Below, in pieces: positions 1 to 10,392 of a DNA stretch of 64,000 nucleotides (positions within the stretch are counted from its first letter, which is position 1; every line of letters begins with the position of its first letter). A program made the position numbers and the translations under genes. The stretch comes from Cytophagaceae bacterium (GTDB lineage: Bacteria > Bacteroidota > Bacteroidia > Cytophagales > Cytophagaceae), in contig JALONM010000008.1 of assembly GCA_025454925.1 (NCBI GenBank), positions 12,819-76,818 on the forward strand. Direction: 5' to 3'. A model generated the notes under the pieces. The model made no database searches, was not told the origin of the DNA, and saw nothing but the letters and a program-made list of their open reading frames with translations.

Positions 1-441
1 TTCGACGGCGCCCAATTTTTAATAGGAGATCGTAGCAAACATGCCGCAGTAATAGAATGGAAAAAAGGAAAGCCAACGATACACTGGCTGGAAAAACTTT
101 ACCTACTGGCTACCAACACTAGTCTGCAAAAATGCCCCGGCAGCGCCTGCGGATGTCATCGATATGCAGCCATGGAAAAGGAGATCCTACGCTTACAATC
201 ACTTAATCGATCACTCAGCTTTTTAGAAGTAGCCAATATTTTAGGTCATTCTGTGCAACCCCAAAGCCACGATCAGGAAGGGCGAAGCGGCGGCACCCTA
301 TACAGTTGCTTTATCTCTCTTTCTGACATGGAATTAATCTGCGTGGGATATTATAATTCTGCAAATAAAATTAAACTGGATTTGAAAGATGAATTTAAAA
401 AGAAACAATCCAGGAAAATAAAGATTACAGGAAAACCCTGA
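1..441 (+). CDS. hypothetical protein, 3' fragment (gene begins upstream of window)
   Basis: Frame 1 is open from nt 1 to the stop at 439-441, so the 172-441 track ORF is only its distal part. It contains a CPGSACGC Cys cluster. No family recognised. Confidence 0.35.
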   Translation, partial: FDGAQFLIGDRSKHAAVIEWKKGKPTIHWLEKLYLLATNTSLQKCPGSACGCHRYAAMEKEILRLQSLNRSLSFLEVANILGHSVQPQSHDQEGRSGGTLYSCFISLSDMELICVGYYNSANKIKLDLKDEFKKKQSRKIKITGKP

Positions 442-458
442 TGCAATTGCCAGACTGC

Positions 459-3053
459 TTAAAAGCTAAGATTGTACTGAAGATTGGGAGCCATCAACAT
501 CATATATTTATCTACAACTACCGGCGGATTGGTTTGCGGTCGGCGTAGTTGCATAAAGATATTTTTACGGGAATAAATATTGGTAATGGACAAGCCCAAG
601 GATGATTTCCAACGTTTGTTGTCGGCAATGGTAAAAACAGCGGAAAAGTCTAGCTGGTGATTATCGGGAAAGTTGCCGGTATATTCATCCGGAAGAGGCA
701 TTGTAGCTCCTGAAAAAGTAGGGCCAGAAGGGTTGGTTTGCGCTCCAACACCAGGAGGTCCCGACACCATGCGGTTTCTAATACCCACAAGCGCTGATAA
801 TCCTGAACGATATTTCCATACTACTGAAAATTTCCATCTGCCCAATTCATAGATAGCTGCCAGATCCAGCACATGACGCTGGTGCCACAACCAATCCAGA
901 GAGGGTTCTGCCACAGAATCAATGGTCATTGTATTTTTAGAAATGGAATAACTGGTCCATGCTTCCAGTCGATTAAACTTTTTCTTCACCAATACATCCA
1001 GCCCATAGGACTGGGTAGTCATTTGTAAATATTGATAGGCATAGGTAAAGTTTGTAAAATTAATAACCGAAATATCTTCGATTTGTTTGTAGTAAGCTTC
1101 CACATCAATGACCAGATCATTTTTAGGATGGTACAATATTCCCGCTGACCATTGAGTACTATGAATCACAGGAATTGTATTCTTATTGGCGATTTGCCAG
1201 GTTGAATTTTCTATTCCTCCAATATTTTCAATCCCTAGGCCTACCACCTGAACCAAAAACTGATTGAACATGCCTGCTGCCGCTTTTAAGGTTACGGATC
1301 GGGAAGCCACATAGCTTGTGCTTAGTCTTGGCTCCCCATAAAAGCGACCTGTTGCTGAATTATGAGCCAAACGCATACCAAGGGTATGGTACCAACGCTT
1401 TTTTATCTTCCACAAAAAATTTCCATAAAGCGCCTGCGCCAGCAAATATTTTGTTTCGTTGCTATCGCGCACCACTGGATTGGAATGAGATGAAAAATTA
1501 AGAGCCTGGTGCTGTTTGTACTCATACCCCGCCTGAAAAGAAACTCCAGGTCTTAATGTAATTTCCTGATCCAGGCGCAAGGCATAGTCGGTTAATCGAT
1601 TCCTGAAGGCTGCTTCAAACAGCAAACTATCAGACCGTAATGGAAATTCATTGCTATAATAGTTTTGGGAAAATACAGATGCTGTAACACTGGCTGTAGT
1701 TTTGGAGCGTGTATTCCAGCGGTGGGCAAACGTTGCATTGATGCCGTCATTCGTCAAATCCATGTTATCGTTCGATCTCCTCCCCGTGGTTCTATCTGCA
1801 ATTCCAATTCGAATGCGGTTGCCAATCATCAGGGAGCTTACATGCCAATGGCTTTTCTTCCCCAAGTCACCACCTATTTTAATATTAAGATCCACAAATC
1901 GATAGTCTTGATTTAACAAATCTATTTCCGGATTTTGATTGGCTCTCTGTACTTCAGATTCCTGATAAATAAATTCATTGATGGCTTTCATTTTCCAGAA
2001 ATTATTCCGGATGGGATATGAAGTTCTGCCGGCAATCATCATTCCTACTTTATTCTTTTTCAAAGGCCTGCGCCAGCAGAGTCCAACATGGGTGGCAGAG
2101 GCAGTAAAATCAAACGAAGCAGAATCGCGATAGCTGGTGCGGGAAATAAGTTCGATGGCTCCACCAACCCGACCGCCCTTATCGGCGGTGTAGGAGGAAC
2201 GACTTACTTGCACCTTGTCGATGGATAAAGGATTGTAGGGCGATAGCGTTCCGAAAAAATGACCTTTATGATAAATGGGTATATTGTCGTACATCACATA
2301 AGCATGATCGAAAGTACTCCCACGAATGTTGAGCGATCCAGCCTTACCATCGGCAGAACTGATGCCCGGCAAAGCCTCCAGGGCATTGAGGATATCGGCA
2401 TCTGTTTGTCCTGGCAGCGCCGGCAATTTGGAAAGATCTACTTCAATCTGCTGCGATTGCTTTTTATAATTAACTCCTTTCGACAAATATCCTTTTATAA
2501 CCACCTCTTGCATCAAAGTCAAATTTTCTTTGAGGATAAGCTGAGGAGGATGTTGCAAGGCCAATTGCCGAACCGAACATTTAACAGGAGTGTGAAAATC
2601 GACCAACACCTCGAGGGTATCGACTTCCGAATACCGCATCCATAGCTGCACCCATCCGTCCCTGGTCTCTACTTTTTTAATTGCCGATTTTCTGCTCTGT
2701 AGTTCAATGCCACTGATAGGAACTCCTGTTTCTGAAATCAGTTTCATAGAGAGCTTCAGGTTGGCCCCCTCTACCTGAGGTTCAGCCACGTACAAACCAG
2801 TATTGATGCTGCGAAAATAAAAAGCACTTGACCGTTCCAATGCTTGCAAGCAAGCTGGCAAATCCGCGCAAGACGTATCGCCAGTGAAAGGAATCCCAGC
2901 CAGCAGTTCGGCATCATACGAAAAAGAAATGGAATAACGATCTGATAAATCTTTCATTCTGCCCGCCAGACTTTGAGCCTCACACGCGCAAGATAAACAG
3001 AGCAGCATTACAAATAGCAAACCAATAAAATGTCGTTGCATCAGATGTAGCAT
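459..3053 (-). CDS. TonB-dependent receptor with N-terminal signalling (STN-like) extension
   Basis: 864 aa with a signal peptide. Plug-type motifs are present (LEALPGISS..., GSLNIRGS, IELISR), followed by a long beta-barrel ending in an aromatic residue (YNLSF). It lies directly downstream of FecR and ECF sigma genes. Confidence 0.85.
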   Translation of the reverse strand: MLHLMQRHFIGLLFVMLLCLSCACEAQSLAGRMKDLSDRYSISFSYDAELLAGIPFTGDTSCADLPACLQALERSSAFYFRSINTGLYVAEPQVEGANLKLSMKLISETGVPISGIELQSRKSAIKKVETRDGWVQLWMRYSEVDTLEVLVDFHTPVKCSVRQLALQHPPQLILKENLTLMQEVVIKGYLSKGVNYKKQSQQIEVDLSKLPALPGQTDADILNALEALPGISSADGKAGSLNIRGSTFDHAYVMYDNIPIYHKGHFFGTLSPYNPLSIDKVQVSRSSYTADKGGRVGGAIELISRTSYRDSASFDFTASATHVGLCWRRPLKKNKVGMMIAGRTSYPIRNNFWKMKAINEFIYQESEVQRANQNPEIDLLNQDYRFVDLNIKIGGDLGKKSHWHVSSLMIGNRIRIGIADRTTGRRSNDNMDLTNDGINATFAHRWNTRSKTTASVTASVFSQNYYSNEFPLRSDSLLFEAAFRNRLTDYALRLDQEITLRPGVSFQAGYEYKQHQALNFSSHSNPVVRDSNETKYLLAQALYGNFLWKIKKRWYHTLGMRLAHNSATGRFYGEPRLSTSYVASRSVTLKAAAGMFNQFLVQVVGLGIENIGGIENSTWQIANKNTIPVIHSTQWSAGILYHPKNDLVIDVEAYYKQIEDISVINFTNFTYAYQYLQMTTQSYGLDVLVKKKFNRLEAWTSYSISKNTMTIDSVAEPSLDWLWHQRHVLDLAAIYELGRWKFSVVWKYRSGLSALVGIRNRMVSGPPGVGAQTNPSGPTFSGATMPLPDEYTGNFPDNHQLDFSAVFTIADNKRWKSSLGLSITNIYSRKNIFMQLRRPQTNPPVVVDKYMMLMAPNLQYNLSF

Positions 3054-3064
3054 GTATACTGAAC

Positions 3065-4000
3065 CTATTGAAGCACCACTGTTTTTTTGCCATCCAGTAC
3101 TTTCAATTCGGCTTGCATTCCAAAGGGTTTGAATACACTTTCAAGGGCATCTTCCAGATTGTTTAAATAATATTTTCCAGTAAACACTCTGTTCACATCC
3201 AGCCCTTCCTTCAATTCAAAAGAAATATTGAAATGAACTTTCAGGTGTTCCATGACGGATATAAGCGATGCTTGTTGAAAAGACTGCGAGCCGGAGAGCC
3301 ACTCCGGTTTATCTGGCGCCAGACTGTCAATCGCTATGCGTTGCGTATTTTTGTAATAGTAAAAACGTTGTCCAGGAATCAAGATATATGGATTTCCTTT
3401 GGAAGGGGTACAGGTAACTTTACCCTCGTAACAACTAACCATCAATGCATTGTCGGTATTCAATACGTCAAACTGTGTCCCTTTTACCTCTACCCTACCC
3501 ATGGCCGTTTCTACGATAAACGGTCCTTTCTTTTGAATATCGAAATAAATTAAGCCCTTCGAATGTACCGTCTTATCTTTCAGAAAATCTTTACTATACG
3601 TCAATTCAGAAAACGCAAAAACCTGCGCTTGATTTCCATCGGGTAATTTAGCGGCTTGTATGCTACCCAACACATCACTTCCTTGAATCAATTCCTCGCG
3701 TGAAGATGTCAAATAGTAGGCGAGCGCAATTACCAGGGCCATTGTTGCCGCAGCAGCCCAAGCCAACATCGGCTTCAATGAAATGACTTTTGATTTGCGC
3801 CGGATGGTTTTCTCCTTTACTTTCTCGAGCAGCGAAGCATCAAGCTCAGGCAAAGACCAGGAGTCGGCATGCAGCACGATCGATTGCAATAGCGCTTCCT
3901 CCCCGGATTCCTCCAAACGCTTTTTTTCTTCCTCTGTTAATTTTCCTTCTAACCAACGACTGTAAAAGGTTTCATCTGATTCGTAAAGTTCTTTGCTCAT
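3065..4000 (-). CDS. FecR-family anti-sigma factor / transmembrane sensor
   Basis: 311 aa with a short cytoplasmic N-terminus, one TM helix (LAWAAAATMALVIALAYYL) and a periplasmic FecR-like domain. It sits between an ECF sigma gene and a TonB receptor gene. Confidence 0.85.
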   Translation of the reverse strand: MSKELYESDETFYSRWLEGKLTEEEKKRLEESGEEALLQSIVLHADSWSLPELDASLLEKVKEKTIRRKSKVISLKPMLAWAAAATMALVIALAYYLTSSREELIQGSDVLGSIQAAKLPDGNQAQVFAFSELTYSKDFLKDKTVHSKGLIYFDIQKKGPFIVETAMGRVEVKGTQFDVLNTDNALMVSCYEGKVTCTPSKGNPYILIPGQRFYYYKNTQRIAIDSLAPDKPEWLSGSQSFQQASLISVMEHLKVHFNISFELKEGLDVNRVFTGKYYLNNLEDALESVFKPFGMQAELKVLDGKKTVVLQ

Positions 4001-4313
4001 ACTCTATCATGTAAGTCCCCAACATCTATTCTTGCAGCACAACCACCTCTGTTAAAAATCGAAACGTGATGGTGTATGGCCCAAGATAAAACACCTATGG
4101 ATGCCTTTACCCTACCGGGCTATAGACTCATCGGGAAGAAATTTTTTATCCCTTTATCTCACTGCTTTTAACTACCTGATTCCTGAATAAACACCTTTTT
4201 GAAGAATCAGGAATACCTATTCAACCCAGTATCAAAGATTTGCTAACTTTTAGTTATCTCATTAAATCTCCACCGCTTGCTTTTTTATTATTCAAATTCA
4301 ATTGTGCTTTATG

Positions 4314-4432
4314 TTGGGCGTGTCCCTTGCGGCGTGGTGGCGCCTTCAGCACCACCGCCACTGCGGGCCGGGCTATCGCTGCAAGCCATAGCGCCTACGG
4401 CGCCATGGCTTTACACTCTATCCCTCACGCAA
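4314..4432 (+). repeat. GC-rich structured intergenic repeat, family A, copy 1
   Basis: Shares the blocks TTGGGCGTGTCCCT / GGGCCGGGCTATCGCT / GGCTTTACACTCTATCCCTCACGCAA and two GC hairpins with four other copies in the window. Confidence 0.85.
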
Positions 4433-4491
4433 AACCAGCCATGTACTTAAATGGTATTTCTCCATAGAAATTTAATATGCAGGAAAGCAGC

Positions 4492-5007
4492 TTAAATCTT
4501 CCTGGTTTTCAATTCTTCTACCCGTTCTTTCAAAAACAGCAAAGCCAGGTGCATTCGTTTTTCAATGGCTTTCACACTCAAATCGAGCGCTTCTGCAATC
4601 TCTGCATAGGACATTTTATCGATGCGGTTCATCAAAAAAACCTCTCGTTGTCCTTCGGGCATATCTGAAATAGCATCCTGCAGGCTTAAGCCAAATTCCT
4701 TTTCACGCAGTAAATACGAAGGATCCTGATCATTCACCAAATGTTTCATTTCCTGAGCGAAACGAAGTTTTATCTTTTCGTGCCGTTTGATATTTAGAAA
4801 CAAGCGCATGGAGATGGTATACAAATAGCTTTTGGCCTTTTCAAAAATAACATCCTTGCAATTTTCCCACATACGAATCATGGCTTCCTGACAAACATCT
4901 TCAGAAAGTTTTAAATCACCCGATTTGTAATACAGGAAATTACGAAGGGGTTTAGCATGACTTTTATACAAGGATTGAAATTCTTTTTCTTCGCAAACCG
5001 AGGGCAT
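4492..5007 (-). CDS. RNA polymerase ECF-type sigma-70 factor
   Basis: 171 aa with sigma region 2 and region 4 features (…DVCQEAMIRMWEN…, …MSYAEIAEALDLSVKAIEKRM…). Confidence 0.9.
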   Translation of the reverse strand: MPSVCEEKEFQSLYKSHAKPLRNFLYYKSGDLKLSEDVCQEAMIRMWENCKDVIFEKAKSYLYTISMRLFLNIKRHEKIKLRFAQEMKHLVNDQDPSYLLREKEFGLSLQDAISDMPEGQREVFLMNRIDKMSYAEIAEALDLSVKAIEKRMHLALLFLKERVEELKTRKI

Positions 5008-5143
5008 AAGGCTTATAGCTTGTAATCAATCAAAGATAAGGATAGTTGCGTAATATTGGTATGAATTCGCTATTCCGAAAGGAAAGGGCGGCTCAGACTT
5101 TCACCATAGAATTCCTTCCAGGTAAGTAAAAACTTGTATTGAA

Positions 5144-5317
5144 TTAGGAAGTGTGCTTGGAATGAAGGCGTGGCTCTTCTAAGTTGGACAATGTTTTGGT
5201 AGCCGAGCAGGAACATGCTTCACAGGCCTTTTTAGCCTTAAATGCCAAATACCATCGACGCCCCAAATAAACCAGCGCGCCTATAAAAAGAAGGACTACC
5301 AATAGCTCTTGAATCAT
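5144..5317 (-). CDS. small Cys-rich membrane protein (resembles FeoB-associated Cys-rich family)
   Basis: One TM helix followed by CEACSC. I prefer the ATG at 5317 because it overlaps the upstream stop as ATGA. The family assignment is from memory. Confidence 0.5.
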   Translation of the reverse strand: MIQELLVVLLFIGALVYLGRRWYLAFKAKKACEACSCSATKTLSNLEEPRLHSKHTS

Positions 5318-6114
5318 GCGTTCCAATGCTTTTGAATCATAGACAACAAAGGTTCATGAATAGTTCCGTTGCTGGCTACAATTTGTTTTCCGTCAAGAAA
5401 ATTTTCGCCCCCATCATAATCACTTAATTTGCCACCAGCCTCTGTTACCAGCAAAATGCCTCCTGCCACATCCCAACGATTAAGGTTATATTCAAAATAG
5501 GCTTCAAACCTGCCTGCCGCCACATACGCAAGGTCTACAGCCGCAGAGCCAAGCCTGCGCAAGCCATGGCTATGGTTTACAATCTCTTTTAAAATTTCAA
5601 AATATTGATTGGCTTTACCTCTCATGCTGTAAGGAAACCCGGTAACAAACAAAGAATCTTTTAAAGCTGTTGCTCTAGATACCTGCAACCTTTTTCCATT
5701 GCAGTAAGCGCCTCCATTTTTCCAGGCATAAAAAAGCTCCGCCCGGTTTATCTCGTACACAATACCGATGAGTACCTGCTCATGTTGCAACAGCGCAACA
5801 CTAATGGAATAGGTGGGCATTCCATGCATAAAATTGGTAGTGCCATCAAGCGGATCTATCACCCACTGGTAGCCATTCTCTCCGGCGCTGTTCGCTCCTT
5901 CCTCACCCATAAATCCTGCTTGAGGAAATAAAGATTCCAAGCCCTTCACGAGGCGCTTTTCCGATTCTTTATCTACAAACGAAACCAAATCATGATCGCT
6001 GGATTTGTATTCTATATGATTCCAATCGAAAACTGAGGCTTCCTGTCGAATAAATGCACCCACTTCCTTTACAAGCGCACACGCTTGATTACACAGCACT
6101 TCCAAAGACTCCAT
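5314..6114 (-). CDS. suhB: inositol monophosphatase family protein
   Basis: 266 aa with the WVIDPLDGTTNF and GSAAVDLAYVAAGR motifs typical of IMPase/SuhB. Confidence 0.9.
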   Translation of the reverse strand: MESLEVLCNQACALVKEVGAFIRQEASVFDWNHIEYKSSDHDLVSFVDKESEKRLVKGLESLFPQAGFMGEEGANSAGENGYQWVIDPLDGTTNFMHGMPTYSISVALLQHEQVLIGIVYEINRAELFYAWKNGGAYCNGKRLQVSRATALKDSLFVTGFPYSMRGKANQYFEILKEIVNHSHGLRRLGSAAVDLAYVAAGRFEAYFEYNLNRWDVAGGILLVTEAGGKLSDYDGGENFLDGKQIVASNGTIHEPLLSMIQKHWNA

Positions 6115-7279
6115 CCGTTTCAGTTTTTTTAATCAAACGATAATATACATAAATGCTGCGAAGCGCGAGAGCAGCCACCAGCGGCGCCAAATAGCCATTT
6201 AATTCCTGATTCCATTGATTCCAGAACAACAGCAACAATGCATTCGAGAAAAAATATGTTAGTAACAAGCCTCTGAAAAATGCCGTATTGGTTTTTTTCA
6301 GGATTCCAGCTACAATCACAAATGTCAAAGGATTTGCCCATAGCAGATGTAAATTCCATTTAGTCACCCCATGGTCGGTGAAGAACCACAAAAATATCAG
6401 CAATAAAGAGATGAGTCCAGCCAATGAAAACATCAGAACATCGAACCAGTGTCCGGCAGCGGGCCTGCGGTATTGCCACCAGGTTAGTAAGAAGGTGATC
6501 AATAAAATTGACCCCATTAACAGACCAGGTTTTTTCCAGAAAGGATCAGAAGGAAAGGGCGCATTGTGCAATACACGTCGCTCCTGACTAACCAGCGGCT
6601 GCCATTTTCCATCAGAAAATACCTTTGCTTTCCCTACAAAATCTTTTAGGTAGTCTGGTAAGAACATTAATTGTGCTGGAGTGGCTATTTTATCGGCGGG
6701 AGTTCCCATTCCCAAATCCATGCCCATATCCTGGTAGCGTTGGTTGTCAAGATAAGGATCTATCAACGCACGAAAACTTTTGTTGTTTGTTTCAGGCAAT
6801 ACCCACTGAATAGAGTCCCCCAGCGCGGTGTTGAGCACATCGCGCAAGCGACTGCTGCAATTATCATAGAAGAAATCGTATTTATAAAAGCAATTTTCGG
6901 GTTTGGCATTGTTCTCCAAAAAATCGAAAAGGCGCTGTGCCTGCTGTGTACTGAGACGAAGCACTTGCTGCACAATGGCTCTGTTTTCCCACTGGGCTAT
7001 TTGATATAAATACCGTGGATCTTCGACCGCCAGCATATATCGCAATTTACCTCTGGTGAAATTGGTATAAAAATTAGGGTCTTCAAAATCGAAGGTGCCG
7101 TAATTATACATACGAGATACCTTGGAAGCCTGATCTTCAATAAGCAGAGCGCTATGGCCAAAAGAATTATATAATTCGTCGCCGGGGCTTACTGTAATAA
7201 GACTAACTACTGTGGAGGGTGACAATTGTTGTGCTGACAAAGAAAAACAGAAGCAACACAACCAAAGTAATTTTTTCAT
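6089..7279 (-). CDS. DUF4105-like periplasmic/membrane protein
   Basis: 396 aa with a signal peptide, an N-terminal ...ITVSPGDELYNSFGHSALLI... motif and C-terminal multi-TM segments. Confidence 0.7.
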   Translation of the reverse strand: MKKLLWLCCFCFSLSAQQLSPSTVVSLITVSPGDELYNSFGHSALLIEDQASKVSRMYNYGTFDFEDPNFYTNFTRGKLRYMLAVEDPRYLYQIAQWENRAIVQQVLRLSTQQAQRLFDFLENNAKPENCFYKYDFFYDNCSSRLRDVLNTALGDSIQWVLPETNNKSFRALIDPYLDNQRYQDMGMDLGMGTPADKIATPAQLMFLPDYLKDFVGKAKVFSDGKWQPLVSQERRVLHNAPFPSDPFWKKPGLLMGSILLITFLLTWWQYRRPAAGHWFDVLMFSLAGLISLLLIFLWFFTDHGVTKWNLHLLWANPLTFVIVAGILKKTNTAFFRGLLLTYFFSNALLLLFWNQWNQELNGYLAPLVAALALRSIYVYYRLIKKTETDGVFGSAV

Positions 7280-7394
7280 GAACTAGGACTGGATATTTCC
7301 TTTGTACTTTTTTCAAAAATCTTTGCCACTGAATGTGCTTGCCGACAGCGCAGTCGTGCGAATCAAGCATTCCAAGGGAAAGAGGTATGGAATC

Positions 7395-7421
7395 AAAAAA
7401 GACCTCTGAGAGGTCTTTTTT
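7395..7421 (-). terminator. intrinsic terminator after infB (bidirectional shape)
   Basis: The sequence is AAAAAAGACCTC-tga-GAGGTCTTTTTT, ending 11 nt beyond the infB stop. Confidence 0.75.
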
Positions 7422-7431
7422 GATTGAAAAA

Positions 7432-10338
7432 TTATAGTTTACGTTTTACTTCTCGCATTTCGAAGGCTTCCACGATATCGCCAACTTCAATGGCGTTGTA
7501 GTTCTGAAGCATCATACCGCACTCAAATCCGGTTTTAACTTCCGACACATCGTCCTTCACGCGCTTAAGCGATTCGATTTTACCGGTATGCATTACAATT
7601 CCATCGCGAACCAAGCGCACCTGGTGGTTTCGTTTTACCATACCTTCCAACACGTAACATCCGGCGATAGCGCCAATTTTACTAACGTTGAATACCTGGC
7701 GTATTTCGATGGTTGCTGTAATAAACTCTTCCATCTTAGGCTCCAACATACCTTCCATCGCCGCTTTTACATCGTTGATGGCATCGTAAATGATGGAGTA
7801 CATACGAATTTCGATTTGTTCTTTCTCTGCCAATTTGCGGGAGTTTGGAGTCGGACGAACCTGGAAACCTACAATAACCGCATCGGAAGCTGAAGCCAGA
7901 AGCACATCGGATTCGGAGATGGCACCTACGGCTTTGTGAATGATACGAACCTGAATCTCTTCGGTAGAAAGTTTAAGCAAGGAATCGGACAAGGCCTCCA
8001 CAGAACCGTCCACATCACCTTTCACAATAATGTTAAGTTCTTTAAAGTTACCAATGGCCAAACGGCGGCCAATCTCATCCAGCGTAATATGTTTCTTGGT
8101 ACGAATGGACTGCTCACGCATCAATTGCTCGCGCTTGGTGGCAATTTCACGTGCTTCGCGTTCTTCGTCCATCACCTGCAATTTATCGCCTGCTTGCGGA
8201 GCACCGTTTAATCCGAGAATCTGCACCGGAGTAGAAGGCCCTGCTTTGCTCAGTTTTTTACCCATATGGTCAAGCATGGCACGCACTCTACCAAAATTAG
8301 CACCTGCCAACACAATGTCGCCCACATGCAACGTTCCGGTTTGTACCATCACATTGGCCACATAGCCTCTACCTTTATCCAGCGAAGCTTCTATTACTGA
8401 ACCAGACGCATTACGATTTGGATTAGCCTTTAACTGAAGCAATTCTGCTTCAAGCAATACTTTTTCCAACAATTGAGGAATACCAATTCCCGATTTGGCC
8501 GAAACCAATTCGCACTGGTATTTACCACCCCAATCTTCAACCAGGATATTTTCCTTGGCAAGTTCTTCTTTAATTTTATCAGGATTAGCAGCAGGCTTAT
8601 CCACTTTATTGATGGCAATGATAATCGGCACACCTGCTACCATGGCGTGATTGATGGCTTCCTTGGTTTGAGGCATCACGCTGTCGTCGGCAGCTACCAC
8701 AATGATAACGATGTCGGTTATTTTGGCACCACGGGCACGCATCGCAGTAAAGGCTTCGTGACCAGGAGTATCGAGGAAAGTAACACGTTTGCCAGAATCC
8801 GTTTTCACATCATAGGCTCCAACGTGCTGCGTAATACCCCCTGCTTCGCCGTGTGCAATGCGGGTTTTGCGGATATAGTCAAGCAAGGATGTTTTACCAT
8901 GGTCTACGTGACCCATGATCGTAACAATAGGCGCACGCTCTTCCAGTGTATCCGGATCGTCTTCTATCTCCTCTACTGTTGTTTCCTCTTCCGCGTTTAC
9001 GAACTGGGCATCGAAACCAAATTCATCGGCGATTACCGTGATGGCTTCAGCATCCAAACGCTGGTTGATGGAAACGAACATACCAAGTCCAAGACATACC
9101 TTAATGACTTCGTTTACACTCACATTCATCATGGATGCAAGGTCGTTGGCAGAAATGAATTCCGAAACTTTAAGGATTTTAGCATCCTCTTGTTCCTGCA
9201 ATTCACGCTCTTTATCCGCTTCGGCCATGGCATTACGCTTGTCCTTACGATATTTGGCGCGGCTCACAGGCCCTTTGCTTCCACCTCCACTTAGTTTGGC
9301 CAGTGTAGACTTAATTTTCTCTTGAATTTCCTTATCAGAAACCTCTTTGGTTTGATTACCCTTCTGGTTGTTATTGGTGTTGGTATTGTTCTGATTAGGA
9401 CCCTTCTTGTTTTTATTATCGTTTTTGAAGTCGGTAAAATTTTTCACCGGACTTGAGGTAATGCGCTTGCGTTTTTTCTTATCGTTGGCATTAGCATTAT
9501 TATTCCCTTGCTCAGGCTTCGATTTTTTCTTATCCGGACTAACAGGCAAAACAATTTTACCTAATACAGTGAGTCCTTTGAGGGTTTCAGCTTTTGCTTC
9601 GATGAGTTCTGTTGGCTCCACCACCCCTTCTGGTGTTTCTTTGGTTTCTACCACGATGGTTTTTTCTGGAGTAACAAGTTGCTCTACCGGCTCCACTTCC
9701 TTTACAGGCTCTTTCACCGATTCCTTCTCAGGCTGTTTTTTAACCTCTTCTACCGTTTCTACGGGAGTTTCTTCTACTTTTTGAATTTCCTTAACTGGCT
9801 CTTCTTTCTCGGGTTCTTCCTTTTTAGGCTCTTCCTTTTTAATCTCTGCCTGCGGAACTTCTTTTTCTACTTTCTTTTTGGTTTTGGGCTCCAGATCGAT
9901 TTTACCCAATACCTTGATGCCTTGAAGCTTGTGACCCGTCTGATGGTCTTCCTCCTCTTCTTTTGGCTCTTCGGTTACCTGTGGAAGCTCTTCGGCCGGA
10001 GTTTTTTCGTCCTGCTTTTCGCGTTCCTTTTTATCGGAAATAAGATTTTTAATCAGGATTTCTTCATCCTCTTCATCTTGTTTCTTCTTCACGGTTGTAG
10101 CGTTGATAACAATGTTATCAGGCTTGCGACCGATACTCAATTCTCTGGCTTCTTTGGTTTCGTTAGCCGAGCTTTCAAATTCTTTCATGAGCAAGTCAAA
10201 TTGCTCAGAAGTGATTTTAGAGTTAGGGTTATTTTCAATTACGAAGCCTTTGGCACCCAAATATTCGGCTGCACGGGATACGGATATCCCCGCCTTTTTG
10301 GCCGCCTGGCTCAGTCGCATCATTTTTTCTTCCGACAT
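7432..10338 (-). CDS. infB: translation initiation factor IF-2
   Basis: 968 aa with a GTPase G-domain ([24 protein letters not shown]) and a low-complexity K/E/P-rich N-terminal region. Confidence 0.97.
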   Translation of the reverse strand: MSEEKMMRLSQAAKKAGISVSRAAEYLGAKGFVIENNPNSKITSEQFDLLMKEFESSANETKEARELSIGRKPDNIVINATTVKKKQDEEDEEILIKNLISDKKEREKQDEKTPAEELPQVTEEPKEEEEDHQTGHKLQGIKVLGKIDLEPKTKKKVEKEVPQAEIKKEEPKKEEPEKEEPVKEIQKVEETPVETVEEVKKQPEKESVKEPVKEVEPVEQLVTPEKTIVVETKETPEGVVEPTELIEAKAETLKGLTVLGKIVLPVSPDKKKSKPEQGNNNANANDKKKRKRITSSPVKNFTDFKNDNKNKKGPNQNNTNTNNNQKGNQTKEVSDKEIQEKIKSTLAKLSGGGSKGPVSRAKYRKDKRNAMAEADKERELQEQEDAKILKVSEFISANDLASMMNVSVNEVIKVCLGLGMFVSINQRLDAEAITVIADEFGFDAQFVNAEEETTVEEIEDDPDTLEERAPIVTIMGHVDHGKTSLLDYIRKTRIAHGEAGGITQHVGAYDVKTDSGKRVTFLDTPGHEAFTAMRARGAKITDIVIIVVAADDSVMPQTKEAINHAMVAGVPIIIAINKVDKPAANPDKIKEELAKENILVEDWGGKYQCELVSAKSGIGIPQLLEKVLLEAELLQLKANPNRNASGSVIEASLDKGRGYVANVMVQTGTLHVGDIVLAGANFGRVRAMLDHMGKKLSKAGPSTPVQILGLNGAPQAGDKLQVMDEEREAREIATKREQLMREQSIRTKKHITLDEIGRRLAIGNFKELNIIVKGDVDGSVEALSDSLLKLSTEEIQVRIIHKAVGAISESDVLLASASDAVIVGFQVRPTPNSRKLAEKEQIEIRMYSIIYDAINDVKAAMEGMLEPKMEEFITATIEIRQVFNVSKIGAIAGCYVLEGMVKRNHQVRLVRDGIVMHTGKIESLKRVKDDVSEVKTGFECGMMLQNYNAIEVGDIVEAFEMREVKRKL

Positions 10339-10392
10339 TCGATCTTTTTCTTTGTATACAGGTGATATTCTTTGAACCCTTGGAGGAAACTA

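Noticed and set aside
4240-4467. ORFs overlapping family A repeats (4240-4467, 14611-14793, 23301-23561, 23341-23583)
   Set aside because: The reading frame, strand and stop positions differ between repeat copies, and the conservation pattern follows hairpins rather than codons. These are treated as non-coding.
9400-10050. Low-complexity, quasi-repetitive DNA (GAAGA/AAAGA-rich)
   Set aside because: It encodes the K/E/P-rich linker of IF-2 (…[17 protein letters not shown]…), a normal feature of long-form IF-2, not a mobile or regulatory repeat.
8473-10365. Plus-strand ORFs of 273, 136, 125 and 228 aa
   Set aside because: They are antisense to infB. The 228-aa frame is F/L-rich nonsense produced by the complement of the K/E-rich IF-2 N-terminal region.
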